Positions 17,047 to 28,862 are shown, counted from the stretch's first letter. The stretch is 64,000 bases of DNA from an uncultured Clostridia bacterium (GCA_930990515.1 CAKNPS010000002.1:189327-253326); one strand, 5' to 3'. The notes: generated by a model not told the origin, from the letters alone. Translations and numbers: made by a program.

Positions 17047-20000
17047 ATGAAGAAATTTAACATTGTGCTTGTTTCCATTTTTACTATAATCTTAGGAACG
17101 GTACTTTCTAGTTGTGGTTTTAAACAACCTTCTGTAAATTTCACGGAAGATGAAATTTTAATTTCTGTTGGACAAGGCATTGAGTTAAAAGATTATCTCT
17201 CTGTTTCAGAAGTAGACACTGACGATGTGCAGTTTGCTTTTTCAAACTCCTCGTTTTTTACTATGGACAACTCCTATTTAACTCCTAATGCTTATGGACA
17301 GACAAATGTTTATGCTCTGGTTGATGGTAACACTTTGGATAGTATGCACATTGTTGTGAAAAAACAATTTGAGAAAGTGGAAAATGTCACTATGGACGAT
17401 AATGGGCTTGTGACATGGAATCAAGTTGTCGATAAATTTGATGAAACACAAAATTTCGTGAGTCCAACTTCTTATCAAGTTAATGTTACATATCAAAATC
17501 CTAACACTAATGAGTCAAACACCTATTCGGAAATTGTAAATACAAATTCTTATCAACTTACTGACGAAGGAAGGTATACTTTAAATATAGTAAGTGTTGG
17601 CGAAGGTTATTTTGATAATTCAGAAGCGACAGAAACAATTTTGTATTTTGGATATATGCCAAAACTTTTGGTGGAAGATTTTAGTTTTAATGTGGAGTCC
17701 AATACGCTTTCTTGGGCAAATGTAAGTTCCGCAAATTTTACCATTACTTTTAATAATGCAATTGTTGTGGAAAATTTGTCAGAAAACTCTTTTAATTTAG
17801 GGGCTGTGCTTTCTTCTTTAGATGCTGGTTCATATTCTCTTATTGTCACAACAAATGATGTCAATGGAGAAAAAATAAGTGTTGATAGCGAAGAAATCAC
17901 CATTAATAAGATTGATAATTCTTCTGCAGAATTTCTATATGATGAAGAAAATGGCGGAAGATATAACTTTGAACTTCCTGAAAACGCAGAAAGTGTGGTT
18001 GTTACTTTAGGCGAACAAAATTACACATTTTCAGAAACTACTGAAACAATTTTTCCTGATTTAGCACAAGGAACTTATGAAATTTTTGTTCAAGCGGTGG
18101 CTGAAGATAGCGTTGAAAATGGAATTTTCTATGCTAGTAGCAGTGTGGAAAGTGTAGGCTTTATTTATAAACTTGGGAAAGTTTCTATTAGTGGAACTGG
18201 AAATAACGAAGAAAACGACACCACTTTCAATTTTGATGTCACAAGAACAGACTCTGGCATTGAGACAAATCTTGCAATTTCTTTAAACGAAAATACGGTT
18301 AATGAAGCTGGTTTTACTTCTCAAGATAGTGTTGTAAATAAAGAAGTGACAAATCTTACAGCGGGTAGTCACACACTTACCATTTCTCAAATTGCTGGAC
18401 AAGAAAATGTTCAGATTGAAGATGTGGCTTATAGTGTTATTAATTCGGACGAAAGCGACTCTTATTCATTTACCAAACTTTCTTCGTTTAGCGAGATAAA
18501 TTTGGGAGAAAGTATTTCTCATTCTTATGTTGAAGAAAATTCGGTTTTAGAATTTAATTTAGTAGATAATGCTGAAGAGTATGCTCTTTATGTCCAAGGT
18601 GCGGAAGATTTTACACTTGTTGATAGTTCAAATTATTCTTTAGAAGATGGAGTTATCACTTTTAATGGTAAACTTGAAAATCTCTTCGTTGATAATTTCC
18701 AAGAAAATGTTTTAACCTTTAAACTTGTTGCTCTTGGCAACGAAGAAAACGTCATTTCTTCTTCTACTATTAAAACTTTAACTCGCCTTGATACTCCTAC
18801 AAGTTTAGCAGGAAATGAAGAAAGTGGAATTTACTCTTGGAACGAAGTTTTAGATGCTGGGCGTTATAATGTTAGATATGCAGTTATCAGTAAAGAGCAA
18901 TATGATGCAGGCATTGACGAACTTGAACTAGAAGGTTTATCATTCACAACAGAAGAAATTACTGAAGCACAAATTGAGTTAGATGCAGGGAATTATTACT
19001 ATATTGAAATTTTTGCACTTCCTGAAAATGAAAGTGTTAACTTAACTTCTCAAGTTTTTAAAACCATTTTCTATCTTTCAGAAAAACTAATAACTCCTAA
19101 TGTTGACTTTATGTATGGAATTTTGGGTGAAGAAGACACCGCAAGTTACTATATTCGCGTAGAAAATGTGGAGAATATGGCATCGCTCACAGTTCAACTT
19201 GATAATGAAGATTTATCTACCTATAATTTAGGGCAAGAAAGTGAATACACAATCTATCGTTTGACGGAAGATTTTAGCACTGCTTATAATGGTATGGTTG
19301 TCTCTGTTGTTGCACATTCGGTTGACGAAACCATTTATCTTGACAGCGAAACTTACAATCTGACAATCAGAAGGTTGCGTGCTATCCAGTATTCCGACTT
19401 GCAATTTGATGAATTAACAAAAACTGTGACCATTGCAGGTGGGCGAGAAGGTGTGACATCAATTGTGCTTTCAGACGGAGAAACTGATGTTGAAGAGAAC
19501 AATGTTGACACAACATTACCAATTTACGATATTGAAAATGGCAATATAACAGCCCTTTTGAAAGGCAGTGAAAATGTGGAAGGCGTTTACCAAAAGAGTA
19601 ACAACACAGTTTATCTTGACAGCAGTTTAGCAACCTTTAATATTATGCGTGTGGATAGGCCAACTAACTTTACATATAATAATGGAAATTTAACATTTAC
19701 AGCAACTCACTCGCAAGCCAATGATTTTGTTTTAGATGTTTATCTTACCGATGCAAATGATAATCAAACACTATTTAAAATTAGTAACTTGAATCTTAAT
19801 AATGATGCTTTAACTCAAAATTATCCTACTTTAAGTGTTTATGGTGTGAATGGGGAAGATTTAACGGAGATTTTGGACAATCTTACCATTGAGAATATTC
19901 TTCTTTCTTCTGTAACTACTAATAACTACTCAATTGACCTTAACACAATTATGAGTTTTATAACTTCAAATGACACTCTTAACTCATATTATAGTCAAGC

Positions 20001-23000
20001 AGTAAAAGTGGAATTTGGAATCTATTGTTATAAGATTACTTTAAACAATTCAATTTATCTTAACTCTTACTACGGAACGCTTTTGTCCGATACTTCTAAG
20101 ACCTTGCTTGAAGTGCAAAAAATGGCAAGTCCAACAATAAACTATGATAAAGCAACCAACACTTTGTCGTGGGCAAGTGTAGGTGACGGTTTAGAAACCA
20201 CTTATGTTGTCTATCAAGAAGGTCGAGGTGTTCTTAGTCGCTCGACAGCCAATTCTTATCAAATCAATCTTTCGAGTTTAACTCTTTCTCAAGACTATAC
20301 ATTCTATGTGACAGCAACAAATCCGTATTATCTTGAATCAGCACAATCCAATGAGATTTTGATTCATAGATTGGACTCTGTAAATCAAGTTACTCTTTCA
20401 AATAATAATTTGCAATTTACACCAAATAGTTATGACAACACGTATATAAATTCAGCAACAGTTCAAATTGATGAAAATGCTGCAGAAACTATATATAAAG
20501 ACACAAATTTCTCGCATTTAATTTCTGCAAATGGTGTTTACACATTAAAATATTTAGGAATTACTGATTATGAAAGTGAAGGAAGATTCTATTTGGATTC
20601 TCAAGGAACAACTTTCACAATTGCCGACATTACAACGCTTGCGCCTTCAAACAATAATGTAACATTTGAAAGCAATGTTGTTTCATTTAATGCGTTTGGA
20701 GAGAATGCAAATTTGCAAAGTGTCACATATTATATTGTCTTTACTGACGAAAGTGGAAATTATGCAACAAAACGCACAAAAGAAAATTCTCTTACAATTT
20801 CGCTTGATGATGAAGATTTAGTTAATTTGAATTCCGAAACAATAACAATCAATGTTTATGCGACTTTGGAAACATATAGTGTTTCTGCTGGTGGAACAGT
20901 TTACTATAGTGGACAAACTTCAATCACTCCAACAACTTCTCTTTATAATGTCTATAAATATACCAGTGAAGAAACAATAACTAAACTTGCTACTCCAGAA
21001 ATCACTAATATAGAATTTATTTCAAGAGAATCGCAAACTTATGATTCCATGCCAACAATGAGAATAAATATTGCTGGAAATTATAGTTCAAATGAAACTT
21101 TTCTTGTTTTCTTTGGTGATAATGATGAAATCATAAAGGAAGTAAATTGTATTGATGCTTCATCAGATGGGCAATATTATATTGATTTAACTTTTGATGA
21201 GTATAGTAATTATTTTGTTGTGGGACAAAGCACAGAAATTTCTGTTATTGTTAGAAGTTCTGTCAATTTACCATCAACTGAAGCAGTAGCAAGTGTTTAT
21301 CGAAATGATACTCTTAAAAGTATTTCTCACAATAGTGAAAAGATCGAAATTGGAGATGCTTCGTTATCAAGTTATAATTCAACAATTACTCTTACGTTCA
21401 AAGATGCTGAACTTTTGAGTTATGCTTCAGGTGGAATTGCTTTAAAAATTACTTATACTCCTAATGATGGAAAAGAACAAGTGGCAGATGTTTTAATTCC
21501 TTCAAGTAGTTATGAAGTTGATAGCGACTCAGTAACATACACATTACCTGAAACGATCAGAAATGCGCTTGAAAATGGTGGAGTTATAAGTTATTCTGCT
21601 TTTATAAATAGTTATAGCGATAATCAACCACAAAATAAAACCTATTACTTGCCTTCGCAAAGTATTCAAAGTGATGTTGAATATTATGAAATTTTAGCAA
21701 CTCCAAGTTTATATACAAGAACAAATGGTGGCATTCAAATTGTTGAAGAAAATCCATCAATTAATACTGTAAATACCAAATATTTAGTAAGTTACCATAA
21801 TGGAACAGAAGTTGTTAATGAAATTATAGGGCAAGAAGAAGGGTTCTATTTTGAATTTCCTTCAGAGTGGGCTAATAATACTGAATATACAATTGTTGTC
21901 ACAGCCTATGAAAACAACAAAATAATTTCTACCCCTACAGAAATTTCCGTTTCATTATCGCGTCTAGAAAGAGTTTCTAACATCACATTAAATAGAAATG
22001 CAGAACAAGTTGTATATTTAGAGTGGAACGATGTTCCAAATGCAACATCTTATATAGTGAGAGCATACATTGGACAAGAAATGTTGGAAATCGAAGTAGA
22101 TAGCACATCTTTCACTCTCTATGACATCTTTGGAGATAATTATAATGAAAATGTGCTAAGTGGTTATTTGACAAGCGGGACAGCAATTCGTTTTGATATA
22201 ATTGCTTGCAATCATACAGATGCAACATACACTGATTCTCCAATTCAAAGTGTTAATACAACTTTAATCGGAAGCGGTTCAAATTTAACTAGTTATAATA
22301 TTGATATGGGAGAAGATGGACTTTTGTATTTCCAAGGTGTCGCTGGTGAAACATATCTTTATAGACTTGTTGCCCAGTCTGCATCTAGCGAAACTTTTGA
22401 CTGGAAAGAAATAACTTTGCAAGAAAATGGGGCAGTTTTAATTGACTTAACACAGTTTGAAAATTTGAATGAGACAACAAATTTCAATGTGGAAATCAAG
22501 AAAAAAGGTGATGTAGATGGGACTGTATATAACACCGACAGCACAAACTTGCAACTTGATTCTGTGATAATTTCAAGTTCAAATGTTTTCCAACTTTCCG
22601 ACACAGTAAAAAATGTGGCTTTTGATAGTGTTAATGTCGAAAAAATAACCATTTCATTAAACAATCAAGATTCTCGTGTTTTTGCAAGTCTTGAAGATAA
22701 GTTTAATATGGAAAATGCCACAGAACTATCCATTGTTGATACCGAAGTATTAGATGAAAACTTCAACTATATATATAATATTAATTATACTGAAATTTTA
22801 GACGGACTAGATTTGCAACCTGGTCAAAATACAATTTATTTCTATACACTGCAAGGAAATTCGTTGGGCACTTATGTTAATGTAATTTCGTTTAATTATG
22901 AGTTTACTTTTACCGTTGATACAGGCGAGATTTTAGCCGTTGAAAAAGTTCCTGACACCGTTCAAGATGACACTGTGGAAGGAGTGGAACTTGACCTATC

Positions 23001-26000
23001 TAAAACTCAAATGGTATTTAGTTATGATGCGAACATTGTTGGTTTCTATTTCCGAGTTGATTACACTTCTCCATTGCAAGAAACAAGCGTAAGTAAATTT
23101 ACTTATAGTCTTGAAGATTGTTCGGTAGATGCTGATAATGGACAAATCATTCTCGACCTTTCATTACTTTTCTCAAGTGATGAAGTTGATAATGGTGTGG
23201 GCGTTTATAAACTTAGCGTAAGTATCTTAAAATCTTCTAATGGTCTAATTACTTTCAGTGATTACATTACTCAATTTAATGATGCTGAACTTGAGTTTAC
23301 AAAACTTCCAGACCTTGCATCTGTAAATTTAAATTCTGGTAATTTGGTCTGGTCGATTGATAGAATTTATGAAATTTATGCTAGTTTAGCGGATAAATAT
23401 TATATTTACTTTGTTAGTGTGGAAAATCCTAACGAAGCAAGCCGCTATGAAACTTCTGATAATTTGACGACTTCATACAATGGAGACCTTTTCTCTGCAG
23501 CATATAACGAATATAATGTCTATGTTATTGCTGTTGCCGAAAATCCTTTTGTCATCGCTTCAAACCCAAGATATATTTTAGATGATGAAAATCAAATTAA
23601 AAATGTGGCAAAAAATCGTTTTAACTCTGAGTTGACATTATCAGGTTCTGGAACGCTATCTATTAATTGGAATGCCAATGGAACTGATGGCGGAACTTAT
23701 GATGAACATGACATTTATTCACTTTTATCACAAGAAAATATCACAGTTGAATATGCAAGTGATTTTGTTAATAATATTTTCTTCTATCCATTCACATTCA
23801 CACTTCAAGATTTAGTCAATGGAAATGTGCAAGTAAGACTTAAATTTACTTCTTATGATGAAAACACTGATGCCATTTTAAGCACACAAACCATCACTAT
23901 TGATGCAATGTATCTTTTGGCAGAACTTGATATTCCAAACTTAAGTGAAAAATTGACAAGCATAAGCAACGCTCTTACTAGTGCAAGTGACAGAAACTTA
24001 GTAACTAACTTTCAAAACAGAATAAACAATCAAGTTTGTGGTGGAATTGGAAACTATATCAACCTTTTTGATAGTTTCTTTGAAAGAATACAACCAGGCA
24101 AATATAGAATTGAATATTGTCTTCTTGGAAATGCTTCCACATTTACTTCAACTTGGTATACTTTAAAAAGAGATGTTGAAGAAGAAAACAATGATGTTTT
24201 CTATGTAAATTCAATGCCAAGAGTAACTGCTCAATATGAAGACATTGATGCAGGGGAAAGCATTGCAAGAACCTTTAGTTTGAGAATAAGTCAATCAGAT
24301 GTTTATGGTGCAAATGGCTCTTTGAGTCGTGCAACAACATATTTCTTACAACTCAAGAGTAACACTAATAAATACGGCTTTGAGATTTCAAACATAAGCG
24401 GAACATGGACATGTAAACAATATGGAGATGAAGGCGAAACATTTAATGTTTACACTGATGGCAATGATTTAATCTTATATCTCAACTTAAATGGAGAAAA
24501 TTCTCTTAAGAGTAAGTATAACGATATTGTAAATTCAGGTAGTTACAGTTTTGAAATTTTTGCACAGGGAAATGAATATTCAATTTCAAGTAAATCTCAA
24601 TATTACACTCTTGCATTTAATGGTGCTTGTCATAATTTCAAAGTGGAGAATGGAACTTTTACTTGGCAATCTCATGAATATTATCCAACAAGAGTGGTAT
24701 ATAAACTTTCAACAAGCACTGGCGAAGCACCACCAATCGACCTTGAAAGTGAAACAACAGCAAATCTTTCATTGACACTTGAACAAGACGGTTTATATGA
24801 CTATATCAAGTTCATAACCCTAGGTAATATAACTGGAAACAATATTCGTGTTGACAGTGAAACATTTATGATTGAAGATGTTTATAAACTTTCAAGACCA
24901 ACTCTTCAAACAGATTTCAATATGCTTAGAATTACTGAAAATGAAAACAACCTTAGCCAATATGCTGGAGCATATACATCTGATGCATTTAAGAAGTATG
25001 AAATCTATAATGATGTTTCAACTGCAAGTTCTTCATTCAGGTTTACTGATACAAACTTAGCAAACAGAGTTTCTTACTATGAAACAGGAACAACATATTA
25101 CGACACAACTTCTCAAGACTATACTTATAAGAATACGGAAGCACAAGCTTCAACATTCTACGTATCAACACTTGGAAGCACTTCAGATTTCAATAGTGAA
25201 CAATATATGTCTAGCGGTTCTCCTGTTGCTGATGTCTACAGTTTTGTTCTTAGTGAAGAAGGGGCAAGTGGAAACATTCTGCTTCGTTCGGCAACAAATT
25301 CTGTGACAGCAAAAATGTTAAATCCAATTTCTTCAAGAAGTTTGGGAATTAATAATGGTGTGGTAAGTTGGAACGAAGACGGAATCCTTGGAGATTACAC
25401 TCTTGAAGGTGGAGCAAGTTTGGTTTATAAAGTGACATTGTCATTCTATTCAACTTCCACCACAGAAAGTGGAGAAAATTCACAAGATTTCTTGTCGTCA
25501 GATAATAACATTGTGAGATACACTGCAAACACAAGTTTTGACATTGCTCAAGTTGCAAGCGAGTTCCCAACAAGTGGCAGTTTTGAATTTATTAAAATTA
25601 CCATTCAAGCAATGGCATTAAATATTATTAATGAAGAAGAATATGCACCTTCAGATAGATATTATGCAGAACTTGTTGAAGGCGGTTTTGTGAGTGGTGT
25701 TGATATCACAATGACATCACAAACTGAAGGAAGTTATCGAGTGCTTATGTCTAACGGTGTTTCTCTTGAAGGAATCATTCTTTCCACACCAGTAGAAAAT
25801 GTCCAACTAGATGAAAATGGGCATTTGACTTGGACATATCATACAAACGAAAATGTTGTTTTCATTGTTGAAGATGAAAACGGCAATGTAATTTCCGGCA
25901 CAGATACAAATGTTCAAAATGGAGAAAGTTACACTTATACATTTGTGGAAGCAGAAGGCGCATTATCTGGCGGAGAACACACACTCACAGTTTATGCTGT

Positions 26001-27849
26001 TCAAACTTCTCTTCAAGGTCAAAACATTATTAAGTCGACAGGTGTAAGTTTAAGTGGTGTTATCAAAATAGGACGAATGACAACAAATGACTATACAATT
26101 TCTGCAACTACACTTTACGAAAATAATGTGCCAGTTAATGTTGATTTCATTGATTTCTCAAATTATTTTGATAACAATAATTATAACGACATTGAAAGCG
26201 GAACTACAGTAGATTTGACAATCAACATTAGTTATGGTTCAAACAGAAATATAACAATTTCAAGTTCTGCAGATGCAAACAAGAAACGCATAATTGTGTT
26301 TAGCAGTGAAGAAGATGCTACCATTTTAGGAAGCGAGCGACTTAATGAATATGCAGGTTACATTGTTGTTTCAGATGCTTTAAGTCTTAACATTCAAATA
26401 ACAGGACAAATAACTGGTTCGTCAAGTTTGAGCATAATGTCATCAGACAATTACACTCTTGAATTAAGACGACCAACAAATGACATCTCAATTTCTTACG
26501 ACGAGACTAGTCAAGTGTTTAACTGGACAGAACCAACACTGGATGTTGCTGGAAGTGAAGTTGTTTATGTTGTTTCCATAACATATAACAATGACATTAA
26601 CAGAATTTATCAAATCACAGAAACCACATTTATGCCAACAATAATCGGAGAAATTACCGAATTTAGAGTGGCTATTAAATATGGCGAAAATGCTCTTCAA
26701 TCCACCTTTGTTATCTTTGATGCTGATAGTGAAGCAAGTGGCACTCAAACAGTAAACTTTGACTTATTTGTTTCAGGTGAAGGCACAAGCACAAGTCCTT
26801 ACATAATTAATAGTGCTGAAACATTTAAAAACATTGCACAAAGAATGGAAAAACCAACGTATCTGTTGAACTACACTCAAAATGGAGTTGAAGAATCTGA
26901 AGTTTCTGCAAACCGATATTTCTACTTTGAAATTAATCTTGGAAGCGAAACAGGGGAAATTCAACTTGAAGAATTTGACGGAATTTTGTTTAAGGGGATA
27001 TTTAATGGAGTGATTAGAGGTGGCGGAAACACCATTTCTTACACATCTAACTATTCTTCCGCAGCAAGCAGACTTTCTTCAACTGTGACGGTTTCAGTTG
27101 GTAGAATAACTGGCTTGAACACAGGCGAAAATGCTGTATATAATTATGGATTAAGTCTTTTTGAAACATTAGGAAATAATGCCGAAATCACAAACTTAAG
27201 CATTACTCCAAATTTCACGAGTGCAGGAAACATTGGAAATAACATAATTGTTGCGGGACTTGCAATCGCCAACTTTGGCGATGTCACAACAGTGAATGTT
27301 AATGGATTAACCTCAAATCTTGTTGTATATTCTGCAAGCCAAGGAAGAATTGGGGCTTATGCTGGACTTGTTGGAATTAATAATGGTTTGATTTCTTCTT
27401 GCGTTTTGGAAGAAGATATAACACTTTCTGATACGCAAAATGGCATAACTTACAATCAATATTTCTTCATTGGTGGGCTTGTTTACACAAACTATAGCGA
27501 AATTTATTCGTCAGAAATAAATGCAAACATAACATTAAATATCACAAATCAGGGTAACACTTCAAGCACAAGACATCAAATTGCTGGAATTGCCGTTACT
27601 TCGACTTCTTCAAGCACTTTGGTTAACAACAGAATTGGTGTTAACAGTGCAACGAGTGAAACTTATAGAATTTCGTTTAATGCAGGCTCGTCAAACTATG
27701 ACCAGGTTTATATTGCAGGAATTTCTGTTCTTTCACAAACAAGCAATTATACTAGCAATACCGCAAACACTGGTTGCACTTTTGCTTCACAAACATCAGG
27801 AACAGTTTATATTGCAGATGAAATAAATCCTACAACACCAAGAGCATAA
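17047..27849 (+). CDS. Giant surface lipoprotein (3600 aa): FN3/Ig-like repeat array with C-terminal GLUG-type module
   Basis: ATG 17047 is preceded by GAGGTG. The lipoprotein signal is MKKFNIVLVSIFTIILGTVLSS|C (lipobox LSSC). Many ~90-100-aa modules carry '..[LF][ST]W..V..A..Y.V' signatures. The C-terminal ~360 aa begin 'GEGTSTSPYIINSAETFKNI' and contain G[LI][AV]-type GLUG repeats (AGLAIANFG, YAGLVGINNG, IGGLVYTNY, IAGIAVTS). There is no C-terminal anchor. Confidence 0.9.
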   Translation: MKKFNIVLVSIFTIILGTVLSSCGFKQPSVNFTEDEILISVGQGIELKDYLSVSEVDTDDVQFAFSNSSFFTMDNSYLTPNAYGQTNVYALVDGNTLDSMHIVVKKQFEKVENVTMDDNGLVTWNQVVDKFDETQNFVSPTSYQVNVTYQNPNTNESNTYSEIVNTNSYQLTDEGRYTLNIVSVGEGYFDNSEATETILYFGYMPKLLVEDFSFNVESNTLSWANVSSANFTITFNNAIVVENLSENSFNLGAVLSSLDAGSYSLIVTTNDVNGEKISVDSEEITINKIDNSSAEFLYDEENGGRYNFELPENAESVVVTLGEQNYTFSETTETIFPDLAQGTYEIFVQAVAEDSVENGIFYASSSVESVGFIYKLGKVSISGTGNNEENDTTFNFDVTRTDSGIETNLAISLNENTVNEAGFTSQDSVVNKEVTNLTAGSHTLTISQIAGQENVQIEDVAYSVINSDESDSYSFTKLSSFSEINLGESISHSYVEENSVLEFNLVDNAEEYALYVQGAEDFTLVDSSNYSLEDGVITFNGKLENLFVDNFQENVLTFKLVALGNEENVISSSTIKTLTRLDTPTSLAGNEESGIYSWNEVLDAGRYNVRYAVISKEQYDAGIDELELEGLSFTTEEITEAQIELDAGNYYYIEIFALPENESVNLTSQVFKTIFYLSEKLITPNVDFMYGILGEEDTASYYIRVENVENMASLTVQLDNEDLSTYNLGQESEYTIYRLTEDFSTAYNGMVVSVVAHSVDETIYLDSETYNLTIRRLRAIQYSDLQFDELTKTVTIAGGREGVTSIVLSDGETDVEENNVDTTLPIYDIENGNITALLKGSENVEGVYQKSNNTVYLDSSLATFNIMRVDRPTNFTYNNGNLTFTATHSQANDFVLDVYLTDANDNQTLFKISNLNLNNDALTQNYPTLSVYGVNGEDLTEILDNLTIENILLSSVTTNNYSIDLNTIMSFITSNDTLNSYYSQAVKVEFGIYCYKITLNNSIYLNSYYGTLLSDTSKTLLEVQKMASPTINYDKATNTLSWASVGDGLETTYVVYQEGRGVLSRSTANSYQINLSSLTLSQDYTFYVTATNPYYLESAQSNEILIHRLDSVNQVTLSNNNLQFTPNSYDNTYINSATVQIDENAAETIYKDTNFSHLISANGVYTLKYLGITDYESEGRFYLDSQGTTFTIADITTLAPSNNNVTFESNVVSFNAFGENANLQSVTYYIVFTDESGNYATKRTKENSLTISLDDEDLVNLNSETITINVYATLETYSVSAGGTVYYSGQTSITPTTSLYNVYKYTSEETITKLATPEITNIEFISRESQTYDSMPTMRINIAGNYSSNETFLVFFGDNDEIIKEVNCIDASSDGQYYIDLTFDEYSNYFVVGQSTEISVIVRSSVNLPSTEAVASVYRNDTLKSISHNSEKIEIGDASLSSYNSTITLTFKDAELLSYASGGIALKITYTPNDGKEQVADVLIPSSSYEVDSDSVTYTLPETIRNALENGGVISYSAFINSYSDNQPQNKTYYLPSQSIQSDVEYYEILATPSLYTRTNGGIQIVEENPSINTVNTKYLVSYHNGTEVVNEIIGQEEGFYFEFPSEWANNTEYTIVVTAYENNKIISTPTEISVSLSRLERVSNITLNRNAEQVVYLEWNDVPNATSYIVRAYIGQEMLEIEVDSTSFTLYDIFGDNYNENVLSGYLTSGTAIRFDIIACNHTDATYTDSPIQSVNTTLIGSGSNLTSYNIDMGEDGLLYFQGVAGETYLYRLVAQSASSETFDWKEITLQENGAVLIDLTQFENLNETTNFNVEIKKKGDVDGTVYNTDSTNLQLDSVIISSSNVFQLSDTVKNVAFDSVNVEKITISLNNQDSRVFASLEDKFNMENATELSIVDTEVLDENFNYIYNINYTEILDGLDLQPGQNTIYFYTLQGNSLGTYVNVISFNYEFTFTVDTGEILAVEKVPDTVQDDTVEGVELDLSKTQMVFSYDANIVGFYFRVDYTSPLQETSVSKFTYSLEDCSVDADNGQIILDLSLLFSSDEVDNGVGVYKLSVSILKSSNGLITFSDYITQFNDAELEFTKLPDLASVNLNSGNLVWSIDRIYEIYASLADKYYIYFVSVENPNEASRYETSDNLTTSYNGDLFSAAYNEYNVYVIAVAENPFVIASNPRYILDDENQIKNVAKNRFNSELTLSGSGTLSINWNANGTDGGTYDEHDIYSLLSQENITVEYASDFVNNIFFYPFTFTLQDLVNGNVQVRLKFTSYDENTDAILSTQTITIDAMYLLAELDIPNLSEKLTSISNALTSASDRNLVTNFQNRINNQVCGGIGNYINLFDSFFERIQPGKYRIEYCLLGNASTFTSTWYTLKRDVEEENNDVFYVNSMPRVTAQYEDIDAGESIARTFSLRISQSDVYGANGSLSRATTYFLQLKSNTNKYGFEISNISGTWTCKQYGDEGETFNVYTDGNDLILYLNLNGENSLKSKYNDIVNSGSYSFEIFAQGNEYSISSKSQYYTLAFNGACHNFKVENGTFTWQSHEYYPTRVVYKLSTSTGEAPPIDLESETTANLSLTLEQDGLYDYIKFITLGNITGNNIRVDSETFMIEDVYKLSRPTLQTDFNMLRITENENNLSQYAGAYTSDAFKKYEIYNDVSTASSSFRFTDTNLANRVSYYETGTTYYDTTSQDYTYKNTEAQASTFYVSTLGSTSDFNSEQYMSSGSPVADVYSFVLSEEGASGNILLRSATNSVTAKMLNPISSRSLGINNGVVSWNEDGILGDYTLEGGASLVYKVTLSFYSTSTTESGENSQDFLSSDNNIVRYTANTSFDIAQVASEFPTSGSFEFIKITIQAMALNIINEEEYAPSDRYYAELVEGGFVSGVDITMTSQTEGSYRVLMSNGVSLEGIILSTPVENVQLDENGHLTWTYHTNENVVFIVEDENGNVISGTDTNVQNGESYTYTFVEAEGALSGGEHTLTVYAVQTSLQGQNIIKSTGVSLSGVIKIGRMTTNDYTISATTLYENNVPVNVDFIDFSNYFDNNNYNDIESGTTVDLTINISYGSNRNITISSSADANKKRIIVFSSEEDATILGSERLNEYAGYIVVSDALSLNIQITGQITGSSSLSIMSSDNYTLELRRPTNDISISYDETSQVFNWTEPTLDVAGSEVVYVVSITYNNDINRIYQITETTFMPTIIGEITEFRVAIKYGENALQSTFVIFDADSEASGTQTVNFDLFVSGEGTSTSPYIINSAETFKNIAQRMEKPTYLLNYTQNGVEESEVSANRYFYFEINLGSETGEIQLEEFDGILFKGIFNGVIRGGGNTISYTSNYSSAASRLSSTVTVSVGRITGLNTGENAVYNYGLSLFETLGNNAEITNLSITPNFTSAGNIGNNIIVAGLAIANFGDVTTVNVNGLTSNLVVYSASQGRIGAYAGLVGINNGLISSCVLEEDITLSDTQNGITYNQYFFIGGLVYTNYSEIYSSEINANITLNITNQGNTSSTRHQIAGIAVTSTSSSTLVNNRIGVNSATSETYRISFNAGSSNYDQVYIAGISVLSQTSNYTSNTANTGCTFASQTSGTVYIADEINPTTPRA

Positions 27850-27890
27850 ATTAAAGTATAAAGATAAAGTCTTTTGAATAGAATTATTCT

Positions 27891-28757
27891 ATGAAAAAGG
27901 CTTTTCTTTTATTTTCAACCTTTCTTTTTATTTTCCTTTTCTCTTACTCGCCGAACATTGCTTATGCAGAGAATGAAGATAAAAATTCGATAAGTTTAGT
28001 GCGTATAACTTTAGGGCAAACAAATGCTTTCGCCTATCTTTTTCCAGTAAATACTGCCGAGTTTGAACAAATGGAAATTGGAAGTATTGAAATTGAGGGG
28101 TTTAAATATTTCCTAAAATCTAGGATTTCCCTTTTAAAAGATAGTTACAAAACGCGTGCTGATGGAATTGATGGCGCGAATGTCAGTGATGTGAAATATT
28201 ATACAGAATTTGATGCAGTAGGGTTTGAAATCACTTTTGATAATATGAATGCATATAACCAATTTTTTGATAGTGGCAGTGATGACAGCGTAAATGAAGG
28301 AGAAAACGAAAGTGGAAATAAAAAAGTGCAAAATGGACTTTTTGTTTCTAAAACAATTTATGAAACAAGTTTTCCTTTTGGGGGAAGCACAGTAAACATC
28401 TTTAACACCCTTTATGATGTCACAATTTCTTCGTGGGCTGACACTTTCAACGTTGATGTTCAGAAAGAAGATTATATCAATCAAATTTTTGATGCAACAT
28501 CTTATGTTTACGAAATAATCTCACCGCGAAAAACAATCTATAGCGATGAAATGGTTGAAAGTAATGGTATGTATTATAATGTTTTCAAAAAAAGCCAAAC
28601 AGAAATATCAGAAAATGGAAAAATTACCTTTTGGACGGTTAAAATCAATTATGGCTGGTGGTATTTTTTCGCATTAATAATTACAATTTTTGTGGCATTA
28701 ATTTTATTGCTTTTAGATGCTAAAAAACGAAAAAGGAATTTAAAAAATGAAAATTAA
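27891..28757 (+). CDS. Hypothetical secreted protein with C-terminal TM anchor
   Basis: The signal peptide is MKKAFLLFSTFLFIFLFSYSPNIAYA|EN. The C-terminal TM is WWYFFALIITIFVALILLLL followed by KKRKR. It starts 41 nt after the giant lipoprotein gene, with no SD and no separate promoter seen. Confidence 0.6.
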   Translation: MKKAFLLFSTFLFIFLFSYSPNIAYAENEDKNSISLVRITLGQTNAFAYLFPVNTAEFEQMEIGSIEIEGFKYFLKSRISLLKDSYKTRADGIDGANVSDVKYYTEFDAVGFEITFDNMNAYNQFFDSGSDDSVNEGENESGNKKVQNGLFVSKTIYETSFPFGGSTVNIFNTLYDVTISSWADTFNVDVQKEDYINQIFDATSYVYEIISPRKTIYSDEMVESNGMYYNVFKKSQTEISENGKITFWTVKINYGWWYFFALIITIFVALILLLLDAKKRKRNLKNEN

Positions 28758-28862
28758 TAATTAAAAATTTTTGAATTTTTATAAAATAATAAAAAATTTA
28801 AGATTTTAGTTTAGAAAATGATAAAAATGTTATAAAAATTTTTTCTAAACACCATAATTATC

